Source: Candidatus Bathyarchaeota archaeon
Lineage (GTDB): Archaea; Thermoproteota; Bathyarchaeia; Bathyarchaeales; Bathyarchaeaceae
Assembly (NCBI GenBank): GCA_050123155.1
Contig: JASFHP010000002.1
Location: 74,837 to 138,836 of the forward strand
Reading direction: 5' to 3'
DNA: 64,000 bases
Below are positions 8,193-18,187 of the stretch, piece by piece (positions within the stretch are counted from its first letter, which is position 1; every line of letters starts with the position of its first letter). The notes under the pieces were generated by a model that saw only the letters and a list, made by a program, of their open reading frames with translations, was not told where the DNA came from and made no database searches. A program made the position numbers and the translations under genes.

Positions 8193-10493
8193 ATGAAAAT
8201 CAAGAAGGTTGCCAAACTTCTCCTGCTTATTTCATTGCTTTCTTCTCTAAGTTTAATCACGCCTGCACCCGCGAAGGCATCTTTTGACCCCTCTCAAGCA
8301 GCATACTACGAAGAAGTTAAGAGTGTTCTCTCCCTCTCTGCCGAGCAGGAGGAAATGCTTGAAACTTACGGCTTCATCGTCGTTGAGCTTTCAGCTCTTG
8401 AGCCAGACCCAGAACTGTCCGAGGACTATTTAGGGTTCGACCCTGCATTGCGTTTTGAAGACTTCTACTTCTATCAAGTTTACCATAATGATTTACCCGT
8501 ATTCGTCACCACGGACTCTCTTCTACACCTATTCCACGTAGTCTTTGACTGCTCACTGAAGCTTATAGAGAAACAGCATCTCTACCCCATGGCTCTTGAA
8601 CTCAGCCAGTATTGCTTCCAAAAATCACTAGACGACTACACAGCCATTCCCCATGACGGTTCCATACAATACTGGGCAACAAGAAACTCCACAGTCTACT
8701 TTGCAGTAGCCCTCTCCCTGCTAACAGGCGAAACCGCAAACGTGCCGACAGAGCTTTCAGCAGACTTGAACTTTTTCCTAGACAACATATACGCCGAGGA
8801 ACCCAAGTTCGTTACTGCAGCAGGGTGGAGTATCCCAGAGCCTCCCTTCGACATAACGATAAAATACGATTTCACCCAATTCACGGTGCGGGGACATTAC
8901 CTGGGCGACCCACAACTTGAACGATACTTCCGTGCCTTGATGTGGTTTGGTCGCTGCCCAGTTTTTGTTCCACGAAACGATGAGCACTATGAATGGTCTG
9001 TCAGACACTTTGACGACGCAAGCATGGTCTACATGAGAGACATCCTGAAAGCAAATTCGACAAATTATGAAAACTGGAAATTGCTGTATGATGTAACCAA
9101 CGCCCTCGTGGGAGAAAGCGACTCAATAAATCCGCTGACTCTCGACACTGCACTTCAGAATGCCTTCGGAGACTCCACCTATTACTTCAGCCACGTCGCT
9201 GCCGAGGGTGGGCTTACGGCTTTGAGGGAAGAATTGGGCAAACCAGAATACGCCCAGCAGATACTGGGTCAAGCTGTGTTAACGTATGGTGTGCTTCCAC
9301 GATACCCCATAGTTTACCAATTCATGGGTCAACGGTTTATACCCGATTCTTACATGTTCCAGCATCTCTGCTGGGATAAGGTGCTACCAAACTCTCATGG
9401 AGATCGACGGATAATGCCCAAAGGACTCGACGTATTCGCAGTTTTAGGCTCAGAGCGAGCATACCAGTTGTTGGCTCCAGATTTTGACTATGAAGGATTT
9501 GAAGAAAACCTCACAAATCTGACATCAGAATTTGCGGATTGGAGTAAAAGCGACTGGCAGAAGTCATCGTATACCTCTTGGATGTACGCCCTAGAAAGCC
9601 TGATTTACCCAACCTACTTCGACGAGTATCCCGAGTTTATGCAAACATTAGCATGGCAAGATGAGAAACTGAACACCGCATTGGGAAGCTGGGCTCAACT
9701 GAGACATGACACCATACTATACGCCAAACAAACCTACATACCAGCGTTAATCTGCAGCTACCCCGAAGCCTTCGCTGAACCCAACCCAGCCTTCTACTCG
9801 AGAATGCAGCAGTTATGCGAACAAACCATTGCAGCAGTAAACATCCTCGAGTCAGAGGAAGTGAACCCTACGATAACAGACTCGCTCCAAACATTGAAAG
9901 ATGCAACCCAAAAGCTTGAAGTTATCTCAGAGAAGGAGCTAGCCAAGGAGCCGCTTACAGAAGAAGAAGTTGACTTCATAAAAAAGCTGGTCTGGAATTG
10001 TGGCTCAGGCGGCTTCATAGGATGGTACGTGGACACAATCCACGCCATAGCTCAAGCAGCAAACAGCACTTCAACCCTAGAAGTTCCAGTAATAGCCGAC
10101 GTAGCAACCTTTCCGCCAGGCGACATACAATATCCGCCTCAGATACTGCACGTCGGCACCGGCTACGTAAACGCTTTGGTGGTTCTTTTCCCCAAGTCTG
10201 ATGGAACCTTAGTCGCGGCAGTGGGTCCAGTCTTCTCATACTACGAGTTTAGGCTGATAGGAACAGAGCGCCTGAACGATGATGAATGGAAGGAGATGCT
10301 AACCTGGAGCAACAGAACCGAGTACCTCCCAGAGTGGCTCCAAGACGTTTACGGAAGGGCAGAGCCGCTGCCAGTTCCCGAGGACCTCAACAGCACCGTG
10401 TTTGCTGTTTTAATGGTGGCAACTCTAACTGTCTTGACACTTTGGAAGGGAATCAAAGCCAAGAAAAAGTTTATTCGCACAAAAAGGGATTAA
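8193..10493 (+). CDS. Large secreted protein with a C-terminal TM anchor; it resembles the DUF3160 family (recollection, unverified)
   Basis: ATG 8193 follows GGGGAG. There is a signal peptide MKIKKVAKLLLLISLLSSLSLITPAPAKA, a C-terminal TM segment and a basic tail (VFAVLMVATLTVLTLWKGIKAKKK). The motif WAQLRHDTILYAKQ prompted the DUF3160 recollection. Confidence 0.6.
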   Translation: MKIKKVAKLLLLISLLSSLSLITPAPAKASFDPSQAAYYEEVKSVLSLSAEQEEMLETYGFIVVELSALEPDPELSEDYLGFDPALRFEDFYFYQVYHNDLPVFVTTDSLLHLFHVVFDCSLKLIEKQHLYPMALELSQYCFQKSLDDYTAIPHDGSIQYWATRNSTVYFAVALSLLTGETANVPTELSADLNFFLDNIYAEEPKFVTAAGWSIPEPPFDITIKYDFTQFTVRGHYLGDPQLERYFRALMWFGRCPVFVPRNDEHYEWSVRHFDDASMVYMRDILKANSTNYENWKLLYDVTNALVGESDSINPLTLDTALQNAFGDSTYYFSHVAAEGGLTALREELGKPEYAQQILGQAVLTYGVLPRYPIVYQFMGQRFIPDSYMFQHLCWDKVLPNSHGDRRIMPKGLDVFAVLGSERAYQLLAPDFDYEGFEENLTNLTSEFADWSKSDWQKSSYTSWMYALESLIYPTYFDEYPEFMQTLAWQDEKLNTALGSWAQLRHDTILYAKQTYIPALICSYPEAFAEPNPAFYSRMQQLCEQTIAAVNILESEEVNPTITDSLQTLKDATQKLEVISEKELAKEPLTEEEVDFIKKLVWNCGSGGFIGWYVDTIHAIAQAANSTSTLEVPVIADVATFPPGDIQYPPQILHVGTGYVNALVVLFPKSDGTLVAAVGPVFSYYEFRLIGTERLNDDEWKEMLTWSNRTEYLPEWLQDVYGRAEPLPVPEDLNSTVFAVLMVATLTVLTLWKGIKAKKKFIRTKRD

Positions 10494-10563
10494 CGCACTA
10501 AACCAAAAAACAGAATTTTCACGATACACGCATCATTTTCTGCATTTCTGTGATAAGCAATTT

Positions 10564-10641
10564 TGGTGGGGCCGCCCGGATTTGAACCGGAGTCCCGAGA
10601 GTCCAAGTCTCAGAGCCTGGACCAAGCTAGCCGACGGCCCC
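10564..10641 (-). tRNA. tRNA-Pro (anticodon UGG), CCA encoded
   Basis: Hand-folded. The acceptor GGGGCCG pairs with CGGCCCC. The T arm is TCCGG-TTCAAAT-CCGGG. The anticodon stem TGAGA/TCTCG carries the loop CUUGGAC. Total length is 78 nt. Confidence 0.9.
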
Positions 10642-10923
10642 TCTCTCTGCCTGAACAGAGAAACCACCAGATTCTGCAATCCAGTAAGCTTATGATGACC
10701 ACCAATTTACTATAAAACTTTGTGTTCGCTGGAAAAGACGCTGTCTATTATAGATGATGTTCTTGGTCACCTGCTTTCTATTCCAGCACGATAGACTTTC
10801 ATCTTGTCAAGAAATCTTGACATAAAATTCGCTGCTTTTTTCTCCTTAGTCAACAAAGCTTTACAAAAAATCTTTTAGGCTGAAGAAGACTGAGAAATAG
10901 CGTGTGTTTGGTGTTGTGTTGAA

Positions 10924-11550
10924 ATGAGTGAAAAGAAGGGTAGTGGTCGAAGAGTCACCTTTGAATCAATAGCCTGCATTGTTTTAATAACTGTAATAGT
11001 TACAGTGATTGCATTTTATAGTGAGATTCTAAGATACAAAGACGGCACTGTCGATTCTTTGAACTCTGAAATAGCTGATAAAGACGCACAGATTTCTTCG
11101 TGGGTTTCTTATAATGAGACTCTTCAAAGTCAGATTGACAGCCTGAAGTCCGATAAAGGCAATCTTCATGACCAGATCGATGACCTCACCGAGCAGATCA
11201 ACAACCTTACTGAAATAATCAACATGAACAAATCTGAAATTTGGATAGACGATTACTTCAGAAACATAGCTGCAGGCTCATACATCTCTTTGAATAGAAC
11301 GGTGGATTATGCCGGATACATCAAATTCGAACAAATTAGCGGTACAACAACAGAAACAGGCGAAATCTACGTTCAGGTGGTCTGGTCTAGAGGCGACCTT
11401 GTGTTCTACAATGAAAGAATGGTTGTTGGAGAAGAGACGTTTTTTAGATTTCCAGTCTTACCCACTTCAAGCTTAGAAGTAAGACTCGGCTATGAAGACC
11501 CATCAAACGGCACAGCAAACATAAGGGCAACTATAGTCTACGTCTACTAA
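10924..11550 (+). CDS. Membrane-anchored coiled-coil protein, hypothetical
   Basis: Track ORF with an N-terminal TM segment (ACIVLITVIVTVIAFY), heptad-like repeats (SLNSEIADKDAQI...QIDSLKSDKGNLHDQIDDLTEQINNL) and a beta-rich C-terminus. Confidence 0.6.
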   Translation: MSEKKGSGRRVTFESIACIVLITVIVTVIAFYSEILRYKDGTVDSLNSEIADKDAQISSWVSYNETLQSQIDSLKSDKGNLHDQIDDLTEQINNLTEIINMNKSEIWIDDYFRNIAAGSYISLNRTVDYAGYIKFEQISGTTTETGEIYVQVVWSRGDLVFYNERMVVGEETFFRFPVLPTSSLEVRLGYEDPSNGTANIRATIVYVY

Positions 11551-11577
11551 CCCCCCTCTTCTGAACGTGATTATGCC

Positions 11578-12153
11578 ATGAAGCTTCATATCTACCTCTT
11601 CAGGCACGGTGAAACCAACTTTAATAGAAGCAAAAGATTCACTGGACTGGTAAATTCGAGATTAACCCCTAAAGGAATAGAACAAACCAATTCCCTAGCT
11701 GAACAACTAAAAGAAAAAAAGTTTCAAACAGCGTTTAAGACAAGTCTTTCCCGTTCTTCCAACAGTCTCAAGATCGTCCTGAAATACCACCCAGAATGCA
11801 AGAAAGTCATCGTTGACGATAGAATGATAGAAAGGTCCTACGGAGACTTGGCGAGAAAACATCACAAAACTATCATCAAAAAATACGGCAAAAAACAATT
11901 TGACCTTTGGCACAGATCCTATGATGTTCCTCCTCCCGGAGGCGAATCGCTAAGAATGGTTGAAAAAAGGGTTTTGTCTTTCGTGAAAGATTTACTTACC
12001 CTAATGAAAAGAGAGAAAGTCAACGTTGCAATTTCTGCTCATAACAACTCGATGAGACCATTCAGAAGATACTTTGAGAATCTAACCATAAACGAAATGA
12101 TGACACTAGAGAATCCATACGACAAATACTTCGACTACACAATCGAATGTTAA
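11578..12153 (+). CDS. Histidine phosphatase superfamily protein (dPGM-like phosphoglycerate mutase family)
   Basis: It has the catalytic RHG motif (LFRHGETNFN), the ERSYGDL and PPGGES segments, and the late histidine (ISAHNNSMR). Confidence 0.8.
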   Translation: MKLHIYLFRHGETNFNRSKRFTGLVNSRLTPKGIEQTNSLAEQLKEKKFQTAFKTSLSRSSNSLKIVLKYHPECKKVIVDDRMIERSYGDLARKHHKTIIKKYGKKQFDLWHRSYDVPPPGGESLRMVEKRVLSFVKDLLTLMKREKVNVAISAHNNSMRPFRRYFENLTINEMMTLENPYDKYFDYTIEC

Positions 12154-12198
12154 CCTCATCTTTGAACACATGAATGAAAAACCTTCTAGAAAGGTGAA

Positions 12199-12422
12199 TG
12201 GTGGGGCCGGCCGGAGTTGAACCGACGACCTTTACCCGGAACAGTTCATCCCCGTCCCTACGGGTTTCTCCTCGCTCCAGAATCTCGTCATCCCAGATAC
12301 TGGTCAGCAAACCCATGCTTATTTCTGGAGCCCTTAACGGCTTGCACCGTTTGCCGGTACGACTGTCGTCATCCCTCTCTAGCGCCCCATCAAAAGACAG
12401 AGCGTGGCTAGACTACGGCCCC
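12199..12422 (-). tRNA. tRNA-like gene of 224 nt with about 146 nt of intervening sequence; anticodon and isotype not resolved
   Basis: The 5' end GGGGCCGTAGTCTAGCC (acceptor plus D-arm start) pairs with the 3' end AGGTC-GTCGG-TTCAACT-CCGGC-CGGCCCC-A-CCA (variable region, T arm, acceptor, CCA). No 5-bp anticodon stem with U33 could be built by hand. Confidence 0.6.
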
Positions 12423-12449
12423 ACATCCAACAACAATTTACAAGTTCAC

Positions 12450-12457
12450 AATATATA
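12450..12457 (-). promoter_or_regulatory. Candidate TATA box (TATATATT on the minus strand) for the intron-containing tRNA
   Basis: The minus strand reads GGAAACG-TATATATT, followed 27 nt later by the GGGGCC 5' end. This is typical archaeal TATA-to-TSS spacing. Confidence 0.45.
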
Positions 12458-12475
12458 CGTTTCCTGAACACAAGC

Positions 12476-12491
12476 GAAACATTAAAAAACC
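12476..12491 (+). promoter_or_regulatory. Candidate BRE/TATA (CGAAACATTAAAAAAC) for the 5S rRNA
   Basis: It is centred about 25-30 nt upstream of the 5S 5' end at 12511 and is divergent from the tRNA promoter. Confidence 0.4.
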
Positions 12492-12510
12492 AAACTTAAG
12501 CAAAGTAGTT

Positions 12511-12633
12511 GGGTTGCCGGCCATAGGGCGTGGGACCCACCTGATCCCATTCCGAACTCAGAAGTTAAACCACGCTCCGTTTCTGGTGCTAGTATGGTCT
12601 TCGGCCATGTGAAGCCAGAAAAGCTGGCAATCC
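12511..12633 (+). rRNA. 5S ribosomal RNA, stand-alone (no 16S or 23S in the window)
   Basis: The core GCCGGCCATAGGGCGTGGGACCCACCTGATCCCATTCCGAACTCAGAAGTTAAACCACGC matches the conserved 5S loop-B/C/helix-III signature. Helix I pairs GGGTTGCCGG with CTGGCAATCC. An oligo-T run (TTATTTTTG) follows. Confidence 0.85.
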
Positions 12634-12852
12634 ACTTAAACATCAAAACAGCCAACATCATCACCTTATTTTTGTGTCTGCGGCGTTAGGACAAAACTGC
12701 CTTACCACATTTGCCTTTCCTTCCTATTTCACAGGAAATGAGAATGCTCTCTGTGGAACATCCTATCCTTATTGCTCTAATCTTTTCGGAAAGTATTTCT
12801 TGGAAATACTCAAAATTTATTACTAACCTCGTAGTTTTTTGAGAAAGAGTGA

Positions 12853-13980
12853 ATGTTAATGCTTCTGTCTATTGTATCGATGCTGTTAGGCGGAAACGAT
12901 GTGATAGGGTGGATTGTGCAAATAATTTTTCTCGGGTTTTTCGTGGTTTTCATGTTTTATGGTCAGCGGTTCCAAATGATGGTGATGCTTAGAGAAGTTG
13001 AAACTCAGCTGCGCCGTCTCAAATTAATACGAGACGACGGTCGAAAGAAAGCCCTGGAGACAATAAAGGAGATAGGGAAACCCGTAGGCGATCCCAGCGA
13101 GAGGGTTGACCAATTTCTGGAGTACATAGCCATAGCGCCTCAGAGCATGGATCCTTCTGGCATAGTCTGGAAGTTGGAGCACGTCCTCGATGTTAGAGAC
13201 GTCCGCTTCAAAGACGAAGTGAAGCTTATGGCCCCAGAAGCAGATGAAGCGCAAATAAACAATCTAGAGAACACCTTGGAGGCTGCCATGGCACTAAACA
13301 TGATCTACAAGGTTATTCGACACTTCTATCTGCTAGGAAAAAAAACTCTAAGCCTGTACATCATCATGCAAATCCAGATGGTGTTACCCCTCATCATGAA
13401 GCAAGCAGAAGCATACGCCCAAGCATTAAGAGCCTTCTCGGTCGGCCAACCCATCGGCGACGGCGCTGGGCCTCTAGTCGCCGCCAAACTGATGCAAGGC
13501 CATAGAGTGAGAGAAATAGCTAAGGATGTGGTTGTAGCCAAGGTGCCAATAGACGGACGAACAGCCTACGTTCTTAAAGCTAAAGGTCCAGGAGGAAACG
13601 TGGGCAAGCCCGGAGAAGGCATAAAAAATCTCATAAAAGAGAAAAAAGGAAAAATCTCCACAATCATCATGATAGACGCGGCGCTGAAACTTGAAGGCGA
13701 AAAACCAGGGGAAGTAGCTGAGGGAGTAGGCGCTGCCATCGGCGGACCAGGAGTCGAACAGTTCAAGATAGAAGATGCAATACTTAAAAACAAGATTCCT
13801 GTGAACGCAATCGTTGTCAAGCAGGACATTGGAGACGCGGTTTCTCCAATGCGGAAAGAAATTTTCGACGCGGCTGATCCAGTGATAGAGAGAATAAAGC
13901 GGTTGATTCTGGAAAGAACAAAGAAGGGCGATAACGTCATAATCGCGGGAATCGGGAATACAATAGGAATTGGACAGTAG
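12853..13980 (+). CDS. Archaeal membrane-anchored protein; it resembles DUF1512 (recollection, unverified)
   Basis: Track ORF of 375 aa with two N-terminal TM helices followed by a soluble domain with G-rich loops (KGPGGNVGKPGEG, GAAIGGPG). Confidence 0.6.
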   Translation: MLMLLSIVSMLLGGNDVIGWIVQIIFLGFFVVFMFYGQRFQMMVMLREVETQLRRLKLIRDDGRKKALETIKEIGKPVGDPSERVDQFLEYIAIAPQSMDPSGIVWKLEHVLDVRDVRFKDEVKLMAPEADEAQINNLENTLEAAMALNMIYKVIRHFYLLGKKTLSLYIIMQIQMVLPLIMKQAEAYAQALRAFSVGQPIGDGAGPLVAAKLMQGHRVREIAKDVVVAKVPIDGRTAYVLKAKGPGGNVGKPGEGIKNLIKEKKGKISTIIMIDAALKLEGEKPGEVAEGVGAAIGGPGVEQFKIEDAILKNKIPVNAIVVKQDIGDAVSPMRKEIFDAADPVIERIKRLILERTKKGDNVIIAGIGNTIGIGQ

Positions 13981-14388
13981 GTGAAAAAGATGACTGATAA
14001 TGTTGGGAATGCTAAACAGGTTTCGCCCTTTCTTCTCGTGATAATACTGGTTTTCTTTGTTCTGTCGTTGATTGCTCTCTTTATAGCAGTGGAGTCAATT
14101 ATCGAGCAAACTGACTCCCTCAATTCATACTCTTTCTTGATTATAGGTTTCTTTGGATTAGCTCTATCGATATACATGCTGTTGCAGAGCAGGAGAAAAC
14201 CAATGCATGGAGCACTTGAGTTGCCGCGGGTGATAACCACGCTGGATTGTCCGAAATGTGACTTCAAAAACGTCCGAGACTTTCAGAGAGACGACTACAT
14301 CTTCAAAAAAACTGGCTCTTGCCAGAAATGCAACGAAACGATGAAAATAACTGCAATCTACCGTGAGGCTAAGAAAAAAGAAAGTTAA
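13981..14388 (+). CDS. Membrane protein with a C-terminal zinc ribbon
   Basis: The GTG start immediately follows the upstream stop. It has two TM helices and then CPKCDF...CQKCNE. Probably co-transcribed with 12853..13980. Confidence 0.55.
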   Translation: MKKMTDNVGNAKQVSPFLLVIILVFFVLSLIALFIAVESIIEQTDSLNSYSFLIIGFFGLALSIYMLLQSRRKPMHGALELPRVITTLDCPKCDFKNVRDFQRDDYIFKKTGSCQKCNETMKITAIYREAKKKES

Positions 14389-14391
14389 CCG

Positions 14392-15300
14392 TCAGGTTAA
14401 CACCATACACCCGTCTTTTGTTATCATAATGGTGTATTCTGCTTGTGCCACAAGGTTTCTGCTGGCTTCAACAAAAACGGGGTAGCTTATCACGGCTTTA
14501 GACGAAAGAAGCTCAGAGAAAGCGCTTTTGTAGCGGCTTGAGGACGCGAATTTTGTTAACCACCTTTCAGTGAAAGGGAGGGTCAGAAAATTCTGTTTTA
14601 TGTACTTCAGAATCTGTTTGGCATACGGGTCCTTCAGGGACTTGTGTTTTGAGTAACGGAAGATGTGGGCTTCCCGCAGTTCCTCAACTCTGCCCGCGGC
14701 ATCCGGAACTGTCACGAAGGGCTCAACCCCGTAGACTTCTCCCTCCTTTATTCTGGATGTGGACAGGTTAAAGACGTTGGGCAGAGACTTCCCCGCATGT
14801 ATTATGTATCGTCCAATCAGGTGTCCAGTGAGGTTGGAGACAGGCTTGAATCCCCGCGTCTTGATGACTTTCTGGATTTCTGAGCCGAAGCGGGTCATGG
14901 AGAGTCCGGGTCGAAGTATCTCCACAGCCTTTTCCAGTGCCTCTTCCGCCGTTTTGACCATGGCAACGTACTCTGGGTGGAAACAGACGGTTGTTGCCGT
15001 GTCAGCTATGAAGCCGTCAATGTGAACGCCGATGTCCACTTTAACTACTGCTCTTTCAGGTATGGTCTGCTTGTCATTTGGCGGCGACGTGTAATGGGCA
15101 GTGATTTCGTTAACGGAGACATTGCAGGGAAAAGCTGGTTTGCCTCCCTTTTCTCTTGTCAAGCCCTCTACTTTTTCGCAAATGTCAATGATGGGCATTC
15201 CTTCTCTGACGGTTCTCCGTATCTCTTCGCGAATTTCTCTTGCAATTTTGCAGGCGCGTTGCTGTTTCTGTAAATCCTCTTCAGGGACCGCCATACTCAT
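14392..15300 (-). CDS. map: Methionine aminopeptidase, type 2 (archaeal)
   Basis: The pita-bread fold signature is present, with the metal ligands in context: VKVDIGVHIDGFIADTATTV, NLTGHLIG, EPFVT, AEYTIMITKDG. Confidence 0.9.
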   Translation of the reverse strand: MSMAVPEEDLQKQQRACKIAREIREEIRRTVREGMPIIDICEKVEGLTREKGGKPAFPCNVSVNEITAHYTSPPNDKQTIPERAVVKVDIGVHIDGFIADTATTVCFHPEYVAMVKTAEEALEKAVEILRPGLSMTRFGSEIQKVIKTRGFKPVSNLTGHLIGRYIIHAGKSLPNVFNLSTSRIKEGEVYGVEPFVTVPDAAGRVEELREAHIFRYSKHKSLKDPYAKQILKYIKQNFLTLPFTERWLTKFASSSRYKSAFSELLSSKAVISYPVFVEASRNLVAQAEYTIMITKDGCMVLT

Positions 15301-15382
15301 ACACGAACTTCATTAAACCATGTGGAGAGTTAAAAGAGTTAAGTATACGGAGTTCAGGCGTGGGATGAATGCTGTCCTTTCG

Positions 15383-15396
15383 AAAACCTTTAAACA
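15383..15396 (+). promoter_or_regulatory. Candidate BRE/TATA (AAAACCTTTAAACA) upstream of trpS
   Basis: It lies about 40 nt upstream of TTG 15432. The same AAACCTTTAAA core recurs upstream of pheS. Confidence 0.4.
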
Positions 15397-15431
15397 TCTA
15401 AACTCTACGATTTAGCAAAGGTGAACATAAG

Positions 15432-16544
15432 TTGGCTGATGTTGACGATCGGAAGCCTGTGCTTGATCCCTGGGGAACAACGGTGGTTGAAGACTACAAT
15501 CACCTCTACGAAGAGTTTGGCATACAAAAATTCAAGCCCCTCCTATCGAAGATACCGAACCCAAGCATGTACATGCGGCGAGGCATCATCTTCGGTCACA
15601 GAGAATTCGACCGCGTTCTAGAAACTATGAAGCAGGGCGGAGACTTTGCGGTGATGAGCGGCATCAAACCAACTGGAGACTTCCATTTAGGAACCCTCCT
15701 GACAGCCCGACAGATCATTTATTTCCAGGAGCAAGGAGCCCAGGCCTTCTACGCCATCGCAGACATCGAAGCATACGAAGACAACAGACTGCCCTTCAAA
15801 GAAACCGAAAAACTCGCTGTCGGCAACGTTGCAGACCTGCTGGCCTTAGGCTTTGACCCCAAAAAAGGCTACATTTACAGGCAGTATAAGGAGCAGCGGG
15901 TTCGAGACTTGGCGATTCATTTCGGGGCTGGCGTGACTCTGGCCACGATGAGAGCAATCTACGGTGAGCGGCACATTGGTCTCTATCTTTCAGCTCTTGT
16001 GCAGGCGGGAGACATTCTTATGCCTCAGCTAGAAGATTTTGGGGGACCCAAACCGACAGTGGTTCCTGTAGGAGTGGATCAGGATGCTCACCTTCGTTTT
16101 ACCCGAGATTTAGCAAGCAAGTTTCGCCGCAAATTCAAGTTTGTTCCTCCATCTTCCACTTGTCACAAGATTCTGAAGGGGCTGGATGGTTCTCCGAAGA
16201 TGTCTAAGCGAAACCCCATGAGCTACTTCACGCTGAATGAGAGCCCCAAAAGTATAGGCAAAAAGATTATGAGCGCCTTCACTGGCGGAAGAGCCACTGT
16301 GGAAGAGCAGAAAAAACTTGGTGGTGTGCCGGAGATATGCCCCGTATACGAGATTGAGATGTGCCATTTCGTTGAAGACGACAATGATATGGTGGAAACC
16401 TACAAGTGCTGTAAATGCGGAAGCCTCATGTGTGGAGAGCACAAGGCTCGGACAAAAAAGATTATTCTGAAGTTTGTTGAGGACCACCAGAAAAAACGGG
16501 AGAAACTTGTTGACAAAGCACGGGAAATACTAGGAGTTAACTAG
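15432..16544 (+). CDS. trpS: Tryptophanyl-tRNA synthetase (archaeal/eukaryal type)
   Basis: The N-terminus reads LDPWGTTVVEDYNHLYEEFGI. The HIGH-like motif is PTGDFHLGT and the KMSKS-like motif is KMSKR. A C-terminal Cys cluster (CPVYEIEMCHF...CCKCGSLMCGEH) probably binds metal or an Fe-S cluster. The start is TTG. Confidence 0.85.
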   Translation: MADVDDRKPVLDPWGTTVVEDYNHLYEEFGIQKFKPLLSKIPNPSMYMRRGIIFGHREFDRVLETMKQGGDFAVMSGIKPTGDFHLGTLLTARQIIYFQEQGAQAFYAIADIEAYEDNRLPFKETEKLAVGNVADLLALGFDPKKGYIYRQYKEQRVRDLAIHFGAGVTLATMRAIYGERHIGLYLSALVQAGDILMPQLEDFGGPKPTVVPVGVDQDAHLRFTRDLASKFRRKFKFVPPSSTCHKILKGLDGSPKMSKRNPMSYFTLNESPKSIGKKIMSAFTGGRATVEEQKKLGGVPEICPVYEIEMCHFVEDDNDMVETYKCCKCGSLMCGEHKARTKKIILKFVEDHQKKREKLVDKAREILGVN

Positions 16545-16586
16545 GTCGAAAGTGGTTGTGACGTTTGTCTATCCGAATTCAGCGTT

Positions 16587-16599
16587 GAAACCTTTAAAG
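16587..16599 (+). promoter_or_regulatory. Candidate BRE/TATA (GAAACCTTTAAAG) upstream of pheS
   Basis: It lies about 75 nt upstream of TTG 16670 and shares its core with the trpS box. Confidence 0.35.
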
Positions 16600-16669
16600 C
16601 CTTCTTGCGAATAAAGCTAAACAAAGTTCCACTTCATATCTTAACTGGAGTGCCAAGGAGAGGAAACAG

Positions 16670-18187
16670 TTGCCTGAACTTCGAGAAAACGAGCAGAAAA
16701 CCTTGCTTGCCCTACAGAAGCTGAGAGGAAGAGCCCCAGTTGATCAGATAATAGAAACCAGCGGTTTAGCTCACGCAGCAGTTATGCGGGCTGCCCTCAC
16801 ACTAACAGAAAAAAAACTAACCACAACACATGAAACAAACCAAACCTTGATCATATTGAACGAGGAAGGGAGAACTTACGCCGAAATAGGGCTCCCAGAG
16901 AGGCGACTCCTCAATTCCCTAGTCAAGCTGGGCGGCGAAGCAAAGGTTAACGATGTTGTTGAAGAGGCAGGCTTAGAAAAGAAGTTTATATCCGTTGCTT
17001 TGGGGTGGCTTAACCGAAAGGGCTGGGCGACTATAAAACAGGGAAAACTCACAATTCCGAAGAAAAAATGGACACAACAATCTCCCGGAGATGACGAAAA
17101 ACTTCTGGAACTCCTATCTGAAAAGGGGTCTCTGACCTTTGAGGAATTAAACCCGAAAGAGCAGGAGGCTGTCGCTGTTTTGAAGGGACGGCAACTTGTG
17201 GAAACCGAAGAGAAGACCCTAAGAGAACTGGAATTGACCGACGATGGATGGAGTCTGGTCAAGAAGGGAATCAAAGTTCAGGAAGAAGTCAGCCAGCTAA
17301 CCCCCGAGCTCATCAGAACAGGAAACTGGCGGAAAGTAAAGCTTCGAAGGTTCAATGTGGAAGCTCCGGGTCCCGAAGCCCTTCTCGGAAAGATTCATCC
17401 AGCCCAGCAGATAATTCAGCACATCAGAGAAATCTTCTTGGAGATGGGCTTCACCGAGATTCGAGGATCCATAGTTCAGACGGCATTCTGGAACTTTGAC
17501 GCCCTGTTCCAGCCTCAGGATCACCCCGCCAGAGACGTGGTGGACACCTTCTATCTGGCTCATCCAGAAAAGGGGAAGCTGCCAGAAAAAGATGTTGTGA
17601 AGGCGGTTGCCGCCACCCATGAGAACGGCTGGACGACCGGTTCAAGGGGCTGGGAGTACCGTTGGAGCCCAGAAGAGGCAAAAAGATTGGTGCTCAGAAC
17701 CCATACAACAGCTGAAACTATCCATTACCTGTCTGAACATAAGGAGCCGCCAGTTAAGGTCTTCTCCGTGGACCGGGTGTACCGCAACGAGAAGCTGGAC
17801 TACAAGCACCTAGCCGAGTTCTATCAGATCGAAGGAATAATCATGGACAAGAAGGTGACGCTGCGGGACCTCATGGGAACCCTAACAGAATTCTACCATA
17901 AACTTGGGCTGGAAAAGGTGCAGTTCTGGCCCAGCTACTTCCCCTACACAGAGCCTTCCATGCAGTCCACAGTCTACGTTCCAGAGCTGAAAACTTGGAT
18001 TGAACTGTGCGGAATGGGCATTTTCCGCCCAGAGGTTTTGTCTCCTTTCGGGGTGAAGCATCCTGTTTTGGCTTGGGGAGGCGGCTTAGAGCGGCTGATT
18101 CTTCTTAAGCTCGGCATCGAGGACATCAGGCTGTTATACAAGAACGATTTGGGTTGGATAAGGAGGACGCCAGTATGCCAACGCTAA
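16670..18187 (+). CDS. pheS: Phenylalanyl-tRNA synthetase alpha subunit
   Basis: N-terminal winged-helix repeats are followed by class II motifs (FQPQDHPARD, RTHTTA, FYQIEG, GGGLERL). The start is TTG, after GGAGAGGAA. Confidence 0.9.
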   Translation: MPELRENEQKTLLALQKLRGRAPVDQIIETSGLAHAAVMRAALTLTEKKLTTTHETNQTLIILNEEGRTYAEIGLPERRLLNSLVKLGGEAKVNDVVEEAGLEKKFISVALGWLNRKGWATIKQGKLTIPKKKWTQQSPGDDEKLLELLSEKGSLTFEELNPKEQEAVAVLKGRQLVETEEKTLRELELTDDGWSLVKKGIKVQEEVSQLTPELIRTGNWRKVKLRRFNVEAPGPEALLGKIHPAQQIIQHIREIFLEMGFTEIRGSIVQTAFWNFDALFQPQDHPARDVVDTFYLAHPEKGKLPEKDVVKAVAATHENGWTTGSRGWEYRWSPEEAKRLVLRTHTTAETIHYLSEHKEPPVKVFSVDRVYRNEKLDYKHLAEFYQIEGIIMDKKVTLRDLMGTLTEFYHKLGLEKVQFWPSYFPYTEPSMQSTVYVPELKTWIELCGMGIFRPEVLSPFGVKHPVLAWGGGLERLILLKLGIEDIRLLYKNDLGWIRRTPVCQR